Both the position numbers and the translations under genes were made by a program. Positions 1-12,700 of a stretch of DNA of 64,000 nt are shown in pieces. Source of the DNA: Eledone cirrhosa (taxonomy: Eukaryota); the NCBI GenBank assembly GCA_964016885.1, contig OZ024743.1, positions 125,860,001 through 125,924,000 on the forward strand. Reading direction: 5' to 3'. Each line of letters opens with the position of its first letter. Within the stretch, counting starts at the first letter, position 1. Below the pieces are notes generated by a model, which was not told the DNA's origin, searched no databases, and was given only the letters and a program-made list of their open reading frames with translations.

Positions 1-399
1 CAGTTAACAATAGGGAGCGCATTTAGCTGTAAGAGCTTATACACCCACAAAGAAACATCCCATCCACGCGAGCTTTGGAAAGTGGGGTTAATAAAACAGA
101 TATTTTAGAAAATAATGTAAGAAAGAAAATGTTTTAAAGAAATTTACATAATTTTTCTTGTTAAATAATGTATAAGAAATGTTGCTAATGGTTTTCAAAT
201 ACTTTTGAAATACTTTTGAAAATAATCATAAATTTGGAGGAATTTAGTATTAAAACTAGCTTTTTCATTATCAAGTTAGTGTTTGAAACATAACTGAACA
301 AAGGATCTTACATAAAATTATAGTGGATGTTTTTAGATAAATATAGACACTTGGTTTTGGTTGTTTTGAAATCAACAGGGTTAAATAACAGTTTTGGTG

Positions 400-604
400 G
401 GTGTTTCACTAAAAGAAGTACCTCCTGAGCACAGAAAAATTTGTACTCAGAGTTGAGGTGATTCTTGACATTTTGTCAGAAATCATCACTCTTCCTTTTT
501 TTCACTGTTTTGTTAAGGAGGGAATTTTAATGTCCTAGACTGTTGTGGTGCAAGAAGAAAGATATTTAGTGGCAGTGGTGAGGTTGCCTGATGGACTTGT
601 TCAT

Positions 605-642
<38 letters not shown>

Positions 643-653
643 TAGTAGTAGTA

Positions 654-688
<35 letters not shown>

Positions 689-960
689 ATGAAATGCAAA
701 GATGATGAGTAACTTGTGAGTAAAAGAAGTTGATTTCAGTGAGTCAAGAGAGGCTTTGTCATTTCCAAGCAAACAAGACGTTATACTGACATGTTGTAGT
801 GTGAAGCAATATTACCATGGGGGAAGATGATTTTCCCAAATTACATGGATAAGAATTAAGCAATGAACAAGACACTGCTAATTTTAATGTTTTTATATGT
901 AACATGATTTACTTCGAAATCATGTGCAGCAATGAACAACAGAAAAAGATGTATGTGAGA
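400..960 (-). mobile_element. Possible very old mariner transposase remnant, split by (TAG)n
   Basis: Minus translation near 838-790, GKIIFPHGNIASH, resembles the mariner HDNAxxH motif; otherwise highly decayed. Confidence 0.3.
605..686. repeat. (TAG)n microsatellite
   Basis: Direct reading. Confidence 0.97.
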
Positions 961-2729
961 TGCAGTATGTTATGTGTACAAATGTAGTAATATTCACTAA
1001 CCTATGTTGATAACAATCTCAGCTAGTGCCGATCCCAGCAAGGCTGGCTAGCGAACGTGTGCAACAGTATATGTGATTACATTGCAAGGCTGAAGGAAAA
1101 CAAGCAATCTGTTTGTTGCAGAGTCAAAAAGCCGATTGCATCTGCCAGTCAAAAATCTCTTGTATATCAAAAGATTAGGCTGCCCAGTAAGAACTATTCC
1201 CTTCTCAGATATCCTGATGTTGTGAGCCTCTTAGAAGAGAACGTTATCTAAGTTTGTAACTCTGAGGTTGTAGGTCAGTCGTAAGGTGGTCGTTTGTGGC
1301 AGACTAAAAAAACCATAGTGGGAAAATGTGTTGATATACTCAAATTGGAAATGTGGCTTAAATATTTGTAATAAAGCAGATTTTACTGAAAGTACTCAAC
1401 AGTCAGGTGGTGGGGGCTAAACAAGGCAACAGATTAAGTCTGCCATCTGAGTCGACAACAGCAGAATTTAAACCCAGAACACAAATAGCTGGAACATTTA
1501 TCATAGGGCATCTTGTCTAATGCATTAACAATTCTCCCAATCCACTACCCTGGAATGGTACTTTATTTTATAGATCCCAAAAGAATGAGAGACAAAGTTG
1601 ATTTTGTTGGAAGTTGAACTCAGAGGTCACAAGGCTGATACAAATATTGCGAGTCATTGTGTCCTATGCTCTAATGACTCTGTTAGTTCATAGGCAATAA
1701 ATTAATTGTGTATGTGATGGTTGAGTTACTATGTGTGAACGTTTTATAAAGTCTGTTTAACTTTGTGTTAATAATGTGGAGATATTATGTAGTTAATCTT
1801 GAATTTAGGAGCTACCAAACAAGGTGACATGTAAGTTTTTAGAGTGAAAAACATGCTCAGATGTATTTAAAAATTTGTTGGTTATATACATTTCTTGAGA
1901 TCAAAATCAGCTCCAAAGTGCCTTGTAATGGAATTGTTTTTACTGGTCCAAAAACAGTTAATTTTAACCAATAGCATAGCATAATCAGATCATGTGACAT
2001 GGCAATTGCTGTAGTCTCTGCTAGGACCTTATGTAATGGTGTGAAAACCAAAAGGTCCTGGTGAACCATCTTTTGTGGCTAATTTCTGTATCTGTGTGTT
2101 TGTTTTGAAGCAACATAATATTGTTTATGTGTATATGGTTGGTGGATTGGTAGCATTTGAGTAAGATATCCACACTCACTATACTCCCTCGCAGTTCATT
2201 TGGAACAACAAAATTCCTTGCATGATAACAGCAAAAAGAAAAAATTTGGTATATGTTTATGTGTGTGTGCAAGCAATTATCTTATGTTTCCATATAATAG
2301 TATAAAACAGTGCCCCAAGCTGCATCTCTTTATATCAAAAAGTAGTTTAATCCATTCAATATTATAACAAAAGTCTTTTAGGTCATTTTCATTGCTTAAG
2401 CAGGATTTAGTTTTGTAGGACTCATGATAGGTTTCATGCTCATCATGGGGTTCTTTTTGAAGCAATATTTCACAGCCATATGCCCTTCCTGGTGCCAACT
2501 CTTTCAGTTACCTCTTATGACATGCGAGGATATGGTGTACTTATTCTAAGCAGGATATGTACAGGATTGCCATTCAATGAACAGATATCCATTTGTATTA
2601 GTCAATCATATCTACCCTAGTACTTATTTCTGCCTAGTTTTTATTTTACAGATATCTATTTAGCCATGTGATAAATAGATATGATCATCATTATACATCC
2701 GCTTTTCCCTGCTTGCAAGGGTGGGACAA

Positions 2730-3510
2730 TCAACTAAAATCTTTTATTGACTACAAAGTGATGAAAGTCAAAGATAACTATGGTAGGATTTGAACTCAGA
2801 ATACGATATTTATATACTATTTCAACTAATCCAATAATAGGGATAATGATAATGATATAATTTAGGCACAAGGTCAGCAATTTGAGGGATGAGTAAAATC
2901 AATCAAATCAGCTCCAATATTTGACTCATACTTTATTTTATCAACCCTCAAAGGATGAAAAACAAAGTTAACCTCAGTAGGATTTGAACTCAAAATGTAA
3001 AGAGCCAGAATACAGAGACAATAATAACACAAATAATAATTTCTTACATGAGCACAATGCCATAAATTTTGTTTGGAGATTATATTGATCCAAGTACTTG
3101 TCTACTACTTCATTTTATTAACCACTGAAGGATGAAAAGAAAAATTATTCCAGAAGGATATAACTAAGAATATAAAAGGATAAAACTAAATAAAGCAATC
3201 CACAACTCTACTGATTAGGCATCTATCATTCTAATTATGATGTCTAATTTAGGCAAAAAGTCAACGAATTTGGAGAGAGGGCAAAGTTAAATGTATCAAC
3301 CCCAGTACTTGACTGGTACTTTATTTTATCAACCCTAGAAAGATGAAAGGTTGACTTCTGTGGAATTTGAACTCCGAATATAAAGAGCCTGAACAAATAC
3401 TGCAATGACATTTTATCAGACATCCTACCAATTCTACTAATAATGGTTTCTGATTTAGGCAGAAGGCCAACAATTTGGGGTGAGGTGAAAGTTGATTAAA
3501 TCAACCTCAG
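2730..3510 (-). repeat. Head-to-tail stack of about five decayed SINE family 1 fragments
   Basis: Recurring GTACTTTATTTTATCAACCC..AAGGATGAAAG..AAAGTT..GGATTTGAACTC and AGGCACAAGGCCAGCAATTT blocks; more at 1440-1690 and 4055-4200. Confidence 0.75.
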
Positions 3511-4352
3511 TGCATTACTGGTATAACAATTACAATGTTTTGAAGAAAGGAAATTGACTAGTAGTTCATATGTCTCTTTTCCTCTCTTCAAGGACACATT
3601 CACAAACCAAACACTTTCTCCTGCCCTCCTATTCTTCTTCTCCTTCTCCCTGGGCAAGCAACTTGTAGCTGCCATTCCCAAAGTGCCACTTTCTCAAAGC
3701 TCTAATCTCTCTTCTCCACCCACTCCCATCACAGCCTCTCCCTTATCCCACAGAAGACATTATTGACCTAATGCTGATGTTACAATAAAATGCATCCAGT
3801 TCATCCTGTAAAGTGGCAATGCTTGTGCCATGATAAGATGTACCTAGTCCACACTTTAATGTGATATTGTTAATGCTATGATAAAACGCACTCAGTTCAC
3901 ACTTTAAAGTGGTTGGCATTAAGAAGGGCATCCAGCTGTAGAAACCAAGTCAAGATAAAACATGTGAACAAGACATGGTCATCTGACGTGACAAATATCA
4001 TAATGTGACAACCCTCTCTAGGTCTGAACACACCTGATTTTTTCTATCGAGGAATAATCGACCCCAGTACTGGACTGCTACTTTTTTTTATCAACCTCGA
4101 AAGGATGAAAGGCAAAGTTGACCACGGCGGGATTTGAATGAGGTGGGACAAATACCGTAAAGCATTCTATCCAATGTCTTAATGACTGTCAACTTGCCGC
4201 CTTTTTTTTATCTTAGCAAGGCCAAAAATGTTTTGCAGAATTAACATTTGATTATATTGACTAAAGTAGTTAATTAGTAAGGATGTTAATTTGGAAGAGT
4301 TGTTAGAGTGTTGGATAGTTGTTCCAGGCCTCTCTACATTCTGAGTTCAAAT

Positions 4353-5155
4353 CCTGCTGATGTCATCAGCATATAAGTTTCCAAGGACAGCTGGTTTCAA
4401 ACTTCTGTTATGGAGAACTATAACAAATATGAGGGGGCTGAAGACCGAACCTTGATGAACACCTACATGCACACTGAATTCCCCATTAAACTCATTGCCT
4501 ACTCTCACTTTGCTGACAGCACCTCTGTACATGGCTTACACTGCTCTCACAAAGCTACTCAGCAACACCCAGTTTTCTTGTGGACCATTAGATAACAGGC
4601 AGTGGAACTCTGTCAACGGCTTTTTTTCAGGTCTACAAAAGCTAAATAAAGTGATTTGCACTTAGCTAGGAACGTCTCTTGTAGTTGTCTCACTAAGAAG
4701 AGAGCACCTGTGGTGCTCCTTCTTGGCACAAAGCAAAACACATCAAATTTGATTTTTTCCTAATTGTGGCTTCTCCTTTCTAGATCATCACCTTTTCCCT
4801 TGTAACAATTAGAGTTTATACTGCCATGCCAGCCATTGGGTATGACTCCATCATGTATTACCTGATTGATTATGTAGGTGACGAGCTTGACTCCTACATC
4901 CTCAGTTGATTTCAGCATTTCAGTGACAATCTTTGACGGTTCATCATCTTTACTATTTTTCATCTCCTTGATTGCTTCTTTGACTTTATAACTGTCAGCT
5001 TTAATAGTTGGTCCCTCTGTTAGGTTAGCTGGAGGTAGTCTCTCTCTCTCCCTCTCCTACTCATTCTCCACATTCATCAAATTCACATAACATTTTTAGG
5101 CTTCTTTCTTCTGAGCATCAGTGAATCTAAGTGCAATGATGTTATTCCAAACGTA
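4353..5155 (-). mobile_element. Decayed RTE RT fragment
   Basis: MYRGAVSKVRVG...VGVHQGSVFSPL...LYADD and MKNSK...IVTEMLK...CYKGKGD peptides on the minus strand. Confidence 0.85.
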
Positions 5156-5715
5156 CTTTTCCCAATTTTTTGTTGTTTCAAGGTATTTGGCCAGTCCAAT
5201 AGTGATGGTCTTGTAGGTAAGTTCAAATTGGATCAGGCCACAGCCTCCTTGAGTTCTGGGAAGGTAAAGATGATCCACATCTACTTTTGGGTGGTGCATC
5301 CTATCACAAGTCAGTAACTTACGGATTTTGGTGCTGATTCTTTTAATTTCACTCATATTCCAGCCAGTTCAACACACCGAAGCTATAAGTGACAACTGGA
5401 ACTGCCTAGGAATTTATGGCTAACACCTTGCTATGTGCATTTAGTTCTGATCTCAGAACTGCACATACTCTCCTGTAACATTCCTTCCTTATCTTCTCTT
5501 TCATACTTACATGCTGAATGCCAGAACCTTCATGAATCCCTAAATATTTATAGGTATGTTCCTACTTAAGTTCTTTTATGACTGTTTCAACATCTAATTC
5601 ATCTGAGTTTGGGCTGATAAGCTTCCCTGTCTTGAAAGTGGCCTTGTCACACTTATAAAGTCCAAACTCCATCTTGATGTAATGATGTAATCACTAAATG
5701 TTTTTACAGTCCACA
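5155..5715 (-). mobile_element. Dong/R4-clade non-LTR RT C-terminal fragment
   Basis: KIRKLLT..RMHHPKVDVDHLYLPRTQGGCGL motif typical of R4/Dong RT thumb; YKYLGI and EFGL-K upstream. Confidence 0.8.
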
Positions 5716-5734
5716 AAAGGCCTTCAAGCTCATT

Positions 5735-6113
5735 ATTTATTATTATTATTATCATTTTCAGTATTATTTTTATTGTGCATCATTACTGCTTTACTGAGCA
5801 CAGCTCTGTATGCCTTGGGTATGAGCAGTGTAGTTTTTGCTGATGTTGTTTCTATTGTATTGATAGTACTCTTCGTAATATATCTGCAGTCCCTAGTAGT
5901 ACTATCTTTTGTATGTTGTATATATTTGTAAGTTCTGGGGTTTTGGCTATGTATTTGTCTGAGTGTTTTTTTATCTTTCCTAGAGCACCTATTATTATAG
6001 GTATTGTTTTCATTTTCCACATTCAAGTTATTTCTATCTCTAGATCTTTATATTTGGAGAGTTTCTCTATTGCCTTGGAAGATATATTGTTGTCTGTGGG
6101 AATAGATACATCA
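5735..6113 (-). mobile_element. Dong/R4 3' fragment (restriction-like endonuclease end and 3' UTR), family A
   Basis: Minus translation DVSIPTDNNISSKAIEKLSKYKDLEIEI...IPIIIGALG...IQKIVLLGTADILRRVL; both ends abut (TAA)n. Confidence 0.82.
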
Positions 6114-6147
6114 TCTATTATTATCATTATTATTATTATTATTATTA

Positions 6148-6376
6148 TAGTTGCATTTATCTTGCTTTATGGTCATACAAGTTATCACCAAGTCACAACC
6201 AGTGACCTCAAGAGACAACAAGGTCCGTCATGTTCAAGAAAGAACATACATACTCACACATGCATCTTTAGGTGTTTAGACTTGTGATGTACTTATATTG
6301 ACAGAATCTTCCTTACTATATGGGCAGTTCCCATTAGTACTATCTTTTGTATTTCTCCTATACGTGGGTTTCCTGA
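6148..6376 (-). mobile_element. Dong/R4 extreme 3' fragment, family B
   Basis: Near-identical to 6885-7110; encodes GNPRIGEIQKIVLMGTAHI; (TAA)n tail. Confidence 0.8.
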
Positions 6377-6379
6377 GTC

Positions 6380-6867
6380 TCAGTCATTGATGTTATTTAA
6401 CTGGAAAGTTTGTTGAAATGAATATCAAGCCACTACCTGCCGCCTCAGACGTTCAGGACGTATTGGAGGATTCTTGCTGTTCCCAGCAAGCATGCCTTTT
6501 GAAGTGTTCCAAAAATTGGGGCTGGACTAATCTTCTTTAACCATCCTTGGAAACTCTTTGAGATAGTACCTAGTGCGCCTATGACAATCAGGACGACCTT
6601 GATTTCATGGCAGTTCCAAATCCTTTTTAACTCCCACTTTAAGTCCTGGTATCGGTTAATTTTCTCCCTCTCCTTTTCTTGCACTCTCGTGTCAAATGGG
6701 CAGGCTACATCTACAATCAGGCACGATCTTTTTTCCTTGTCCAAAACCACCAGGTCAGGCCTATTGTGTTCTAACTTCTTGTCCGTCTGTATCCTAAAAT
6801 CCCATAGCACCTTCACCTGATCGTTTTCTATCACCGACTCTGGCTTATGCTCATACTACTTCTCAGA
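6380..6867 (-). mobile_element. Dong/R4 RLE domain fragment, family C
   Basis: ORF 6445-6834: KVLWDFRIQTD...NRPDLVVLDK...IVDVACPFD...EKINRYQDL...IGALG...KACLLGTARIL (RPD..D..K..Y catalytic pattern). Confidence 0.9.
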
Positions 6868-6882
6868 TTATTATTATTATTA

Positions 6883-7302
6883 CAGTTGCATTTATCTTGC
6901 TTTATGTTTATACGAGTTATCACCAAGTCACAACCAGTGACCTCAAGAGACAACAAGGTCTGCCATGTTCAAGAAAGAACATACATACTCACACATGCAT
7001 CTTTAGGTGTTTAGACTTGTGATGTACTTATATTGACAGAATCTTCCTTAGTATATGGGCAGTTCCCATTATACTTTCTTTTGTATTTCTCCTATACGCG
7101 GGTTTCCTGGGATTTGCGATAAGTAATCATTAGACCCCTTAGGTATCATTCCTAGAGCGCCTACAACCACTGGTATTGTTTTAGTTCTCAATTTCCACAT
7201 TTTTCCAATTTCTATCTCCAGGTCCTTATACTTGCTCAATTTTTCAAATGTTTTTATAGATACATTCTTGTCTATTGGAACGGACATATCAATTAGCAGG
7301 CA
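6883..7302 (-). mobile_element. Dong/R4 RLE 3' fragment, family B
   Basis: CLLIDMSVPIDKNVSIKTFEKLSKYKDLEIEI...VVVGALG; flanked by (TAA)n on both sides. Confidence 0.88.
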
Positions 7303-7343
<41 letters not shown>

Positions 7344-7492
7344 CTCCTTTATGGTTTGAGTTCAAATCCCGCCGAGGTTAACTTTGCCTTTCATCCTTAC
7401 GGGTCGATAAAATAAAGTACCAGTAATACACTGGGATAATTGCTGGCCTTGTGCCAAAAGTAGAAACAATTATTATTATTATTATTTGCCCT

Positions 7493-7705
7493 AGCAGTCA
7501 GGATGACCGTGGCTTTTGTGGGCTTTCTCCACAAGTAACTCTCGGTGGTCTCGCCCCTATTGGGGATTTTTCTTTTGTTTCCATTTTTTTTGTTACATCT
7601 TTTGTTTTTATTTCCTTTTTTTTACATGCAGAAACCCATATTTGTACCATCCTGTGCTGTCCTTAATGTATTTTTTGTAAACCCTTTGTGGTTAATAAAG
7701 AAATC
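7493..7705 (+). mobile_element. Probable Tx1-like 3' UTR fragment
   Basis: Shares CCCCTA(A/T)TGGGGATTT and TTTGTA...CCC.TGTGG..AATAAAGAAA with 15392-15529. Confidence 0.5.
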
Positions 7706-9009
7706 ATTATTGTCATTATTATTATTATTATATGAGACTCATGGGCAAGGTAGACTTATGAATATATAGGTTGAAATAGTGAAGACCAATCCTAGAAAGC
7801 TAAAAATGTCAAAAGACCAAAATGATTAGCAATTTGCTTTACTGGAAAAGATTTATCTACCAACATCAAAATGTTTCCTGTCACTTCTTAGTAACTATGC
7901 TCACTCCCAGTACACCTCCACTTTACACAGGACTACCTCCTTTCTTTCTCATCGGCCTGCTAAACCTCACCACACTTGTCATGCACCCAGGATGTACTTT
8001 CTTACTTCTCCTCTTCCCACATCATCCAAAATCCATAACATCATAATTGTCATTCCCTCACCCCATCCATTATTACCTACCTATTATATACTTATCACTC
8101 TTCTATTTCTTCCACTGCTATCCACCCTCCACATGGTAGTGAGGGCCCTTCAGTTGAGTCTATGACTGACATCTCTAGTGCTAGTGCCATAAAAAATGAA
8201 CCCTGAAGCATGGTTAATGATAAGTAGAGCATCTAACTAAGCAAACCCTGCTAAATAGTGTTCCGAGGATTCTTCAGTTGTATCAAATACTGATGCCACA
8301 TACGAATGCACCCAGTGCTCTCTATAGAGTGCAGGGAACATATGTAAGTGAGATGCAAGCCCGCAGCCTGTCTGAGTACTGACTTGGTCTGTGACAACTT
8401 GTTTAGCTCTTGCTTGATGATGATGATGATGATGAGATTCTTAATAGAGTCTCTTTCACACTATCAAGCAGCCACCAAGAAGCTGATCTTTGTAGCCTCA
8501 GAAATAAGTTTCCATTTTGAATGGGGGTTTTCGAGACACCAATATGTCAAACGGCCATCTGCTTATTCTCACGTCCCAGAGACTATACTGATAAATAGCC
8601 TCCTCACAGAGTCTGTCCAATTGAATTTGTTCCAGTGACCAGAACAATGGAGTTGCCAACAGATACTTACTTTGGCCCTTTCGGCCAGTGAGCCGAGACA
8701 GTCACACTCCAGTTTGATTTTTACAAAGGTTAGTTCCTTGGATCTTTTCAGACTACTACAGCATTCATCTCATTCATAACATCACACAATTCAACTGTAG
8801 CCATTCGTTCTTAGTGTATTGTTGTTATAACTTCAATGAAAGTTATATCTAATAAAGTATTATCATAGTGGCTCTGTATTATTGTGGTTTATATTTTTCA
8901 TTACTTGTGTACAAGTGAGTACATACACAACAACCGAATCAACAATACCACACCACCATCCATCTTTTCTTTAGACCCGCTACATACATACATTATATAC
9001 ATATATAAA

Positions 9010-9193
9010 GGGCGGTGGATTGGCAGTATCGGTAGAAGGTCGGACGCCATGCTTTCCAGCATAGTTACGTCCCTTTACGATCTGAGTTCAAATCCCGCTG
9101 AGGTTGACTTTGCCTTTCATCCTTACGGGGTCGATAAAATAAAGTACCAGTAATGCACTGGGTATTTGCTGGCCTTGTGCCTAAAGTAGAAAC
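9010..9193 (+). mobile_element. tRNA-derived SINE, family 1 (representative full copy)
   Basis: A-box-like TGGCAGTATCGG, B box GAGTTCAAATCC, body ACTTTGCCTTTCATCCTTACGGGGTCGATAAAATAAAGTACCAG; other copies near 7355-7475, 28425-28520, 36798-37015, 52800-52960, 54020-54135, 56488-56672, 58870-58995. Confidence 0.85.
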
Positions 9194-9204
9194 GTGTGTG
9201 TGTG

Positions 9205-9710
9205 TATTTATCGTTATAGGTAATCCAGTTAGAGGTTGTGAGTACTCTGCGTCGTGGATAGTTTTAACGTACGGCTTTGTTTAACTCAACAAGATGTTTC
9301 CATAGTTAAGCATCGAGTTCGCGGAAATTCCTATGTAGGTTATACTTGGAGTAATAATAGTGAAAGAATGAAGAGTAACATGGTTGGCTGTTCAACAAGG
9401 GGCTTTATTTCAGGTATTGACAATTGTTTCATTGATCGGGTGAGTTTAGATGTCGCTAATCGCTCGAAGTTGTGTCACTCGATCTCCATTACATTATTTA
9501 TCTCTGACCAACTCATCAGAATACAAAAATAATTCGCTCGAGGCAAGATATATATAGATGAGTTGGTCAGAGGTAAATAAGGTAATGGAGATCGAGTGAC
9601 ATAACTTCGAGCAATTAGCAACCTCTAAACTCACCTGATCAATAAAACAATTGTCAATACCTGAAATAAAGCCCCTTGTTGTACAGCCAACCATATTACT
9701 CTTCATTCTT

Positions 9711-9716
<6 letters not shown>
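9205..9716. mobile_element. Fold-back element with 160-bp inverted arms, probably Penelope-like pseudo-LTR pair
   Basis: 9358-9517 is the reverse complement of 9557-9716 (about 10 mismatches by eye); arms contain the hammerhead motif; bounded by (TG)n and (TA)n. Confidence 0.7.
9414..9524 (-). ncRNA. Type I hammerhead ribozyme motif with extended stem II
   Basis: Minus strand: GTATT-CTGATGA-GTTGGTC...(~80 nt)...GATCAAT-GAAA-C-AATT-GTC-AATAC. 5-bp stem I, intact core, stem II closing pairs, palindromic stem III (ACAATTGT), canonical GUC triplet (cut between 9419 and 9418). Confidence 0.78.
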
Positions 9717-9757
<41 letters not shown>

Positions 9758-9759
<2 letters not shown>

Positions 9760-12700
9760 TGGTGGCACGAATAAAAGCACCTAGTCCATGCTGTAAAATG
9801 GAGGGGTAGAGAGGGCCCCTGAGTCCAGTAAGACATCCTCTCTAGTGCTGGTGGCATGAATAAAAGCACCCAGTCCATGCTGTAAAGTGGTGCTGGTGTT
9901 AGGAAGGGCATCCAACCAGTATATATATACTACTGCCAAAAACTATGAGCACAACAAATGAGAATTGCAACAACTGCGGAAACAGCAATAACACTAACCA
10001 AGTTAGAGCTGCGCACGGTAGTGGGGTGGCTGGTACGACCATGTGCGAGAACCCTCCGACCGTCATCAAGCTATCGCACAACAGGAAAAAGAACGAGACG
10101 TCGCATTCCAGAGTTGCCACACTTAATGTTGGCACTCTAACAGGTAGATCTGGTGAGATAGTGGAGATGCTGGAGAGAAGGCATGTGGATGTGTGCTGCG
10201 TGCAAGAGGTGACATGGAGAGGTGCCTCTGTGAGACTAATCGCAGGCAAACATCTTAGTTATAAGCTTCTCTGGGTGGGTAATGATGATGGGTTAGGTGG
10301 GGTAGGCATTTTCCTGGCTGAGAGATGGATCGATAAGACAATAGAGGTAGTTAGAGTTAGTAATAGAATAATTAAGCTTAGATTAGTTGTAGGCAAGAGA
10401 CTAGTGACAATTATCTCTGCCTATGCTCCCCAGGCAGGCCTAGGTAAAGAAGAGAAAGACTGCTTTTACGAGCAACTTTTACAAACAGCCGCAATGACAG
10501 AGGACGGACACATCGTTATACTAGCAGGGGTCTTCAATGGTCATGTTGGACAGCTTCAGGATGGTTACACTGGAGTACATGGTGGACATGGTTACGGCTT
10601 AAGAAATGAAGAAGGAGTGAGTTTTCTTGAATTTTGTGATACAAGTGCACTAACTATTTGCAACACTAACTTCCAGAAACCTGCCTACCACCTAATAACC
10701 TACAAATCAGGCAAGCGCATAAGCCATATTGACTTCTTGCTAGTTAGGCAGCAGGACAGACAGATGGTATCAAATACCAAGGCATACTCTGGGGAAGAAT
10801 GTACCCCACAGCATAGGTTAGTCATTAGCGATATCTCAGTAAGCAACATATGAATGAGACATGCAGGAAGGTGTGGAGAAGAAAGGTCTGAAAGCTAAAA
10901 GACCTTTCACTAAAATACATATTTAGGAAAGCCTTTTAAGATGTGTATGATGAAAAAGAAGACAATTTAGAGTAGTATGACATAGATGATAACTGGAATT
11001 TCTTACGTGACAACTTACTGCTGGCTTCTGAAGAAACTTGTGGCTGGAGCAGAGCTCCAACCAGACAAAGAGTGACCTGGTGGCGGAACAGCACAGTAGA
11101 TAGGGCCATTAGAGACAAAAGACTAGCATGGAACACTTGGAAAAATGGTGGGAGAAGAGAAGGATATACAGCCGCTAAGAGAGAAGCTAGACATCAGGTG
11201 TACTTAGCACGCAGCGAGGCTGAGAGTAGGAGGTTTGCTAATGTTCTGCGACAGGAAGATCAGAGACGTGCGGTGTTCCACATTGCAAGGCAGTCTGTCA
11301 GTGCAAATCAGGATGTTGTTGGAGATAAATGTGTCTGGAATGATGCCGGTGTACTTAGTGTCACGAATGATCAAAAAAAGGAGGCCTGGGAATGTCATTA
11401 TGAGAGACTGATGAATGTGGAGAATGAATGGGACAGAGAGAAATTACCCCCAGTAGACCCAACAGACGGACCAGCTATTGAGATTGACGAGTATAGAGTA
11501 CAAGAGGCAATTAAAGAAATGAAGAATGGTAAGGCTGCTGGACTGTCGGGGATAGTTGCTGAGGTGCTGAAGGCATCAGGTGAAGTAGGCATTAAACTGG
11601 TTGCACGCATCATCAATCAAGTTATATATGGTGGTGCCATACCCAAAGACTGGTGCAGCAGTATTCTCATAAATTGCTACAAAGATAAAGGGATGCTCTA
11701 CAGAGGAGCAATTACAGGGGCATAAAGCTGATGGATCAGGTTATGAAAGTGGCAGAGAGAATATTAGCGCAACTGATTAGAGAAAGGGTCAAATTAGATA
11801 AGATGCAATTTGGTTTTGTGCCTCGGAAAAGTACAACAGATGCTCTCTTCTTAGTGAGGCAACTACAAGAGAAGTTCTTAGAGAAGAATAAGCCACTATA
11901 CTTAGCTTTTGTTGACCTAGAGAAGGCCTTTGATAGGGTACTCTGATCTGTCATCTGGTGGTCCCTAAGGAAACTAGGTGTGGAGGAATGGCTTGTGAGG
12001 ACAGTGTAAGCTATGTACAGGGGTGCTGTCAGTAAAGTGAGAGTAGGAATGGAGTTTAGTGAGGAATTTAATTATAGTCATCCAAGCCATAACAGAGGAG
12101 TTTAAGACTGGATGCCCATGGGAACTTCTCTATGCTGATGATCTGGCTCTTATAGCAGAATCAGTAGAGGAGCTAGAGAATAAATTCTGGCTATGGAAAC
12201 AGCAGTTGGAATCAAGAGGACTGAGAGTGAACATAGCTAAGAAAAAAGTGTTGATAAGTAGAAGAGAGGACAATACTCCGATTCCATCAGGGAAATGGCC
12301 ATGTTCGATATGTAGGAAAGAAACTGGCATAAATTCCATAAAATGTACACAATGCAGATCTTGGGTACACAAGAGATGTAGTGAGATAGCAGGCAAACTA
12401 ACAGGTAGGGAAAACTATGTATGCAGTAGATGTACAGGGAAAGTTGGCAGTATTAATCGCAGTGATAGACACATTTTCCAATGCAGGTGGGTGCTATAGA
12501 AGTGGTTGAAAGCTTCCGGTACCTAGGAGATCAGATTAGCATGGGAGGGAGGTGTTCCAAAGCCATAGTATCTAGAATAAGGACAGGTTGGAAGAAGTTT
12601 AGGGAGCTGCTTCTTTTGTTGACAAAGAAAGGTTTTTCCCTGCATATGAAAGGACGGTTATATGATGCCTGTGTGAGATGCGCGATGCTGCATGGTAGTG

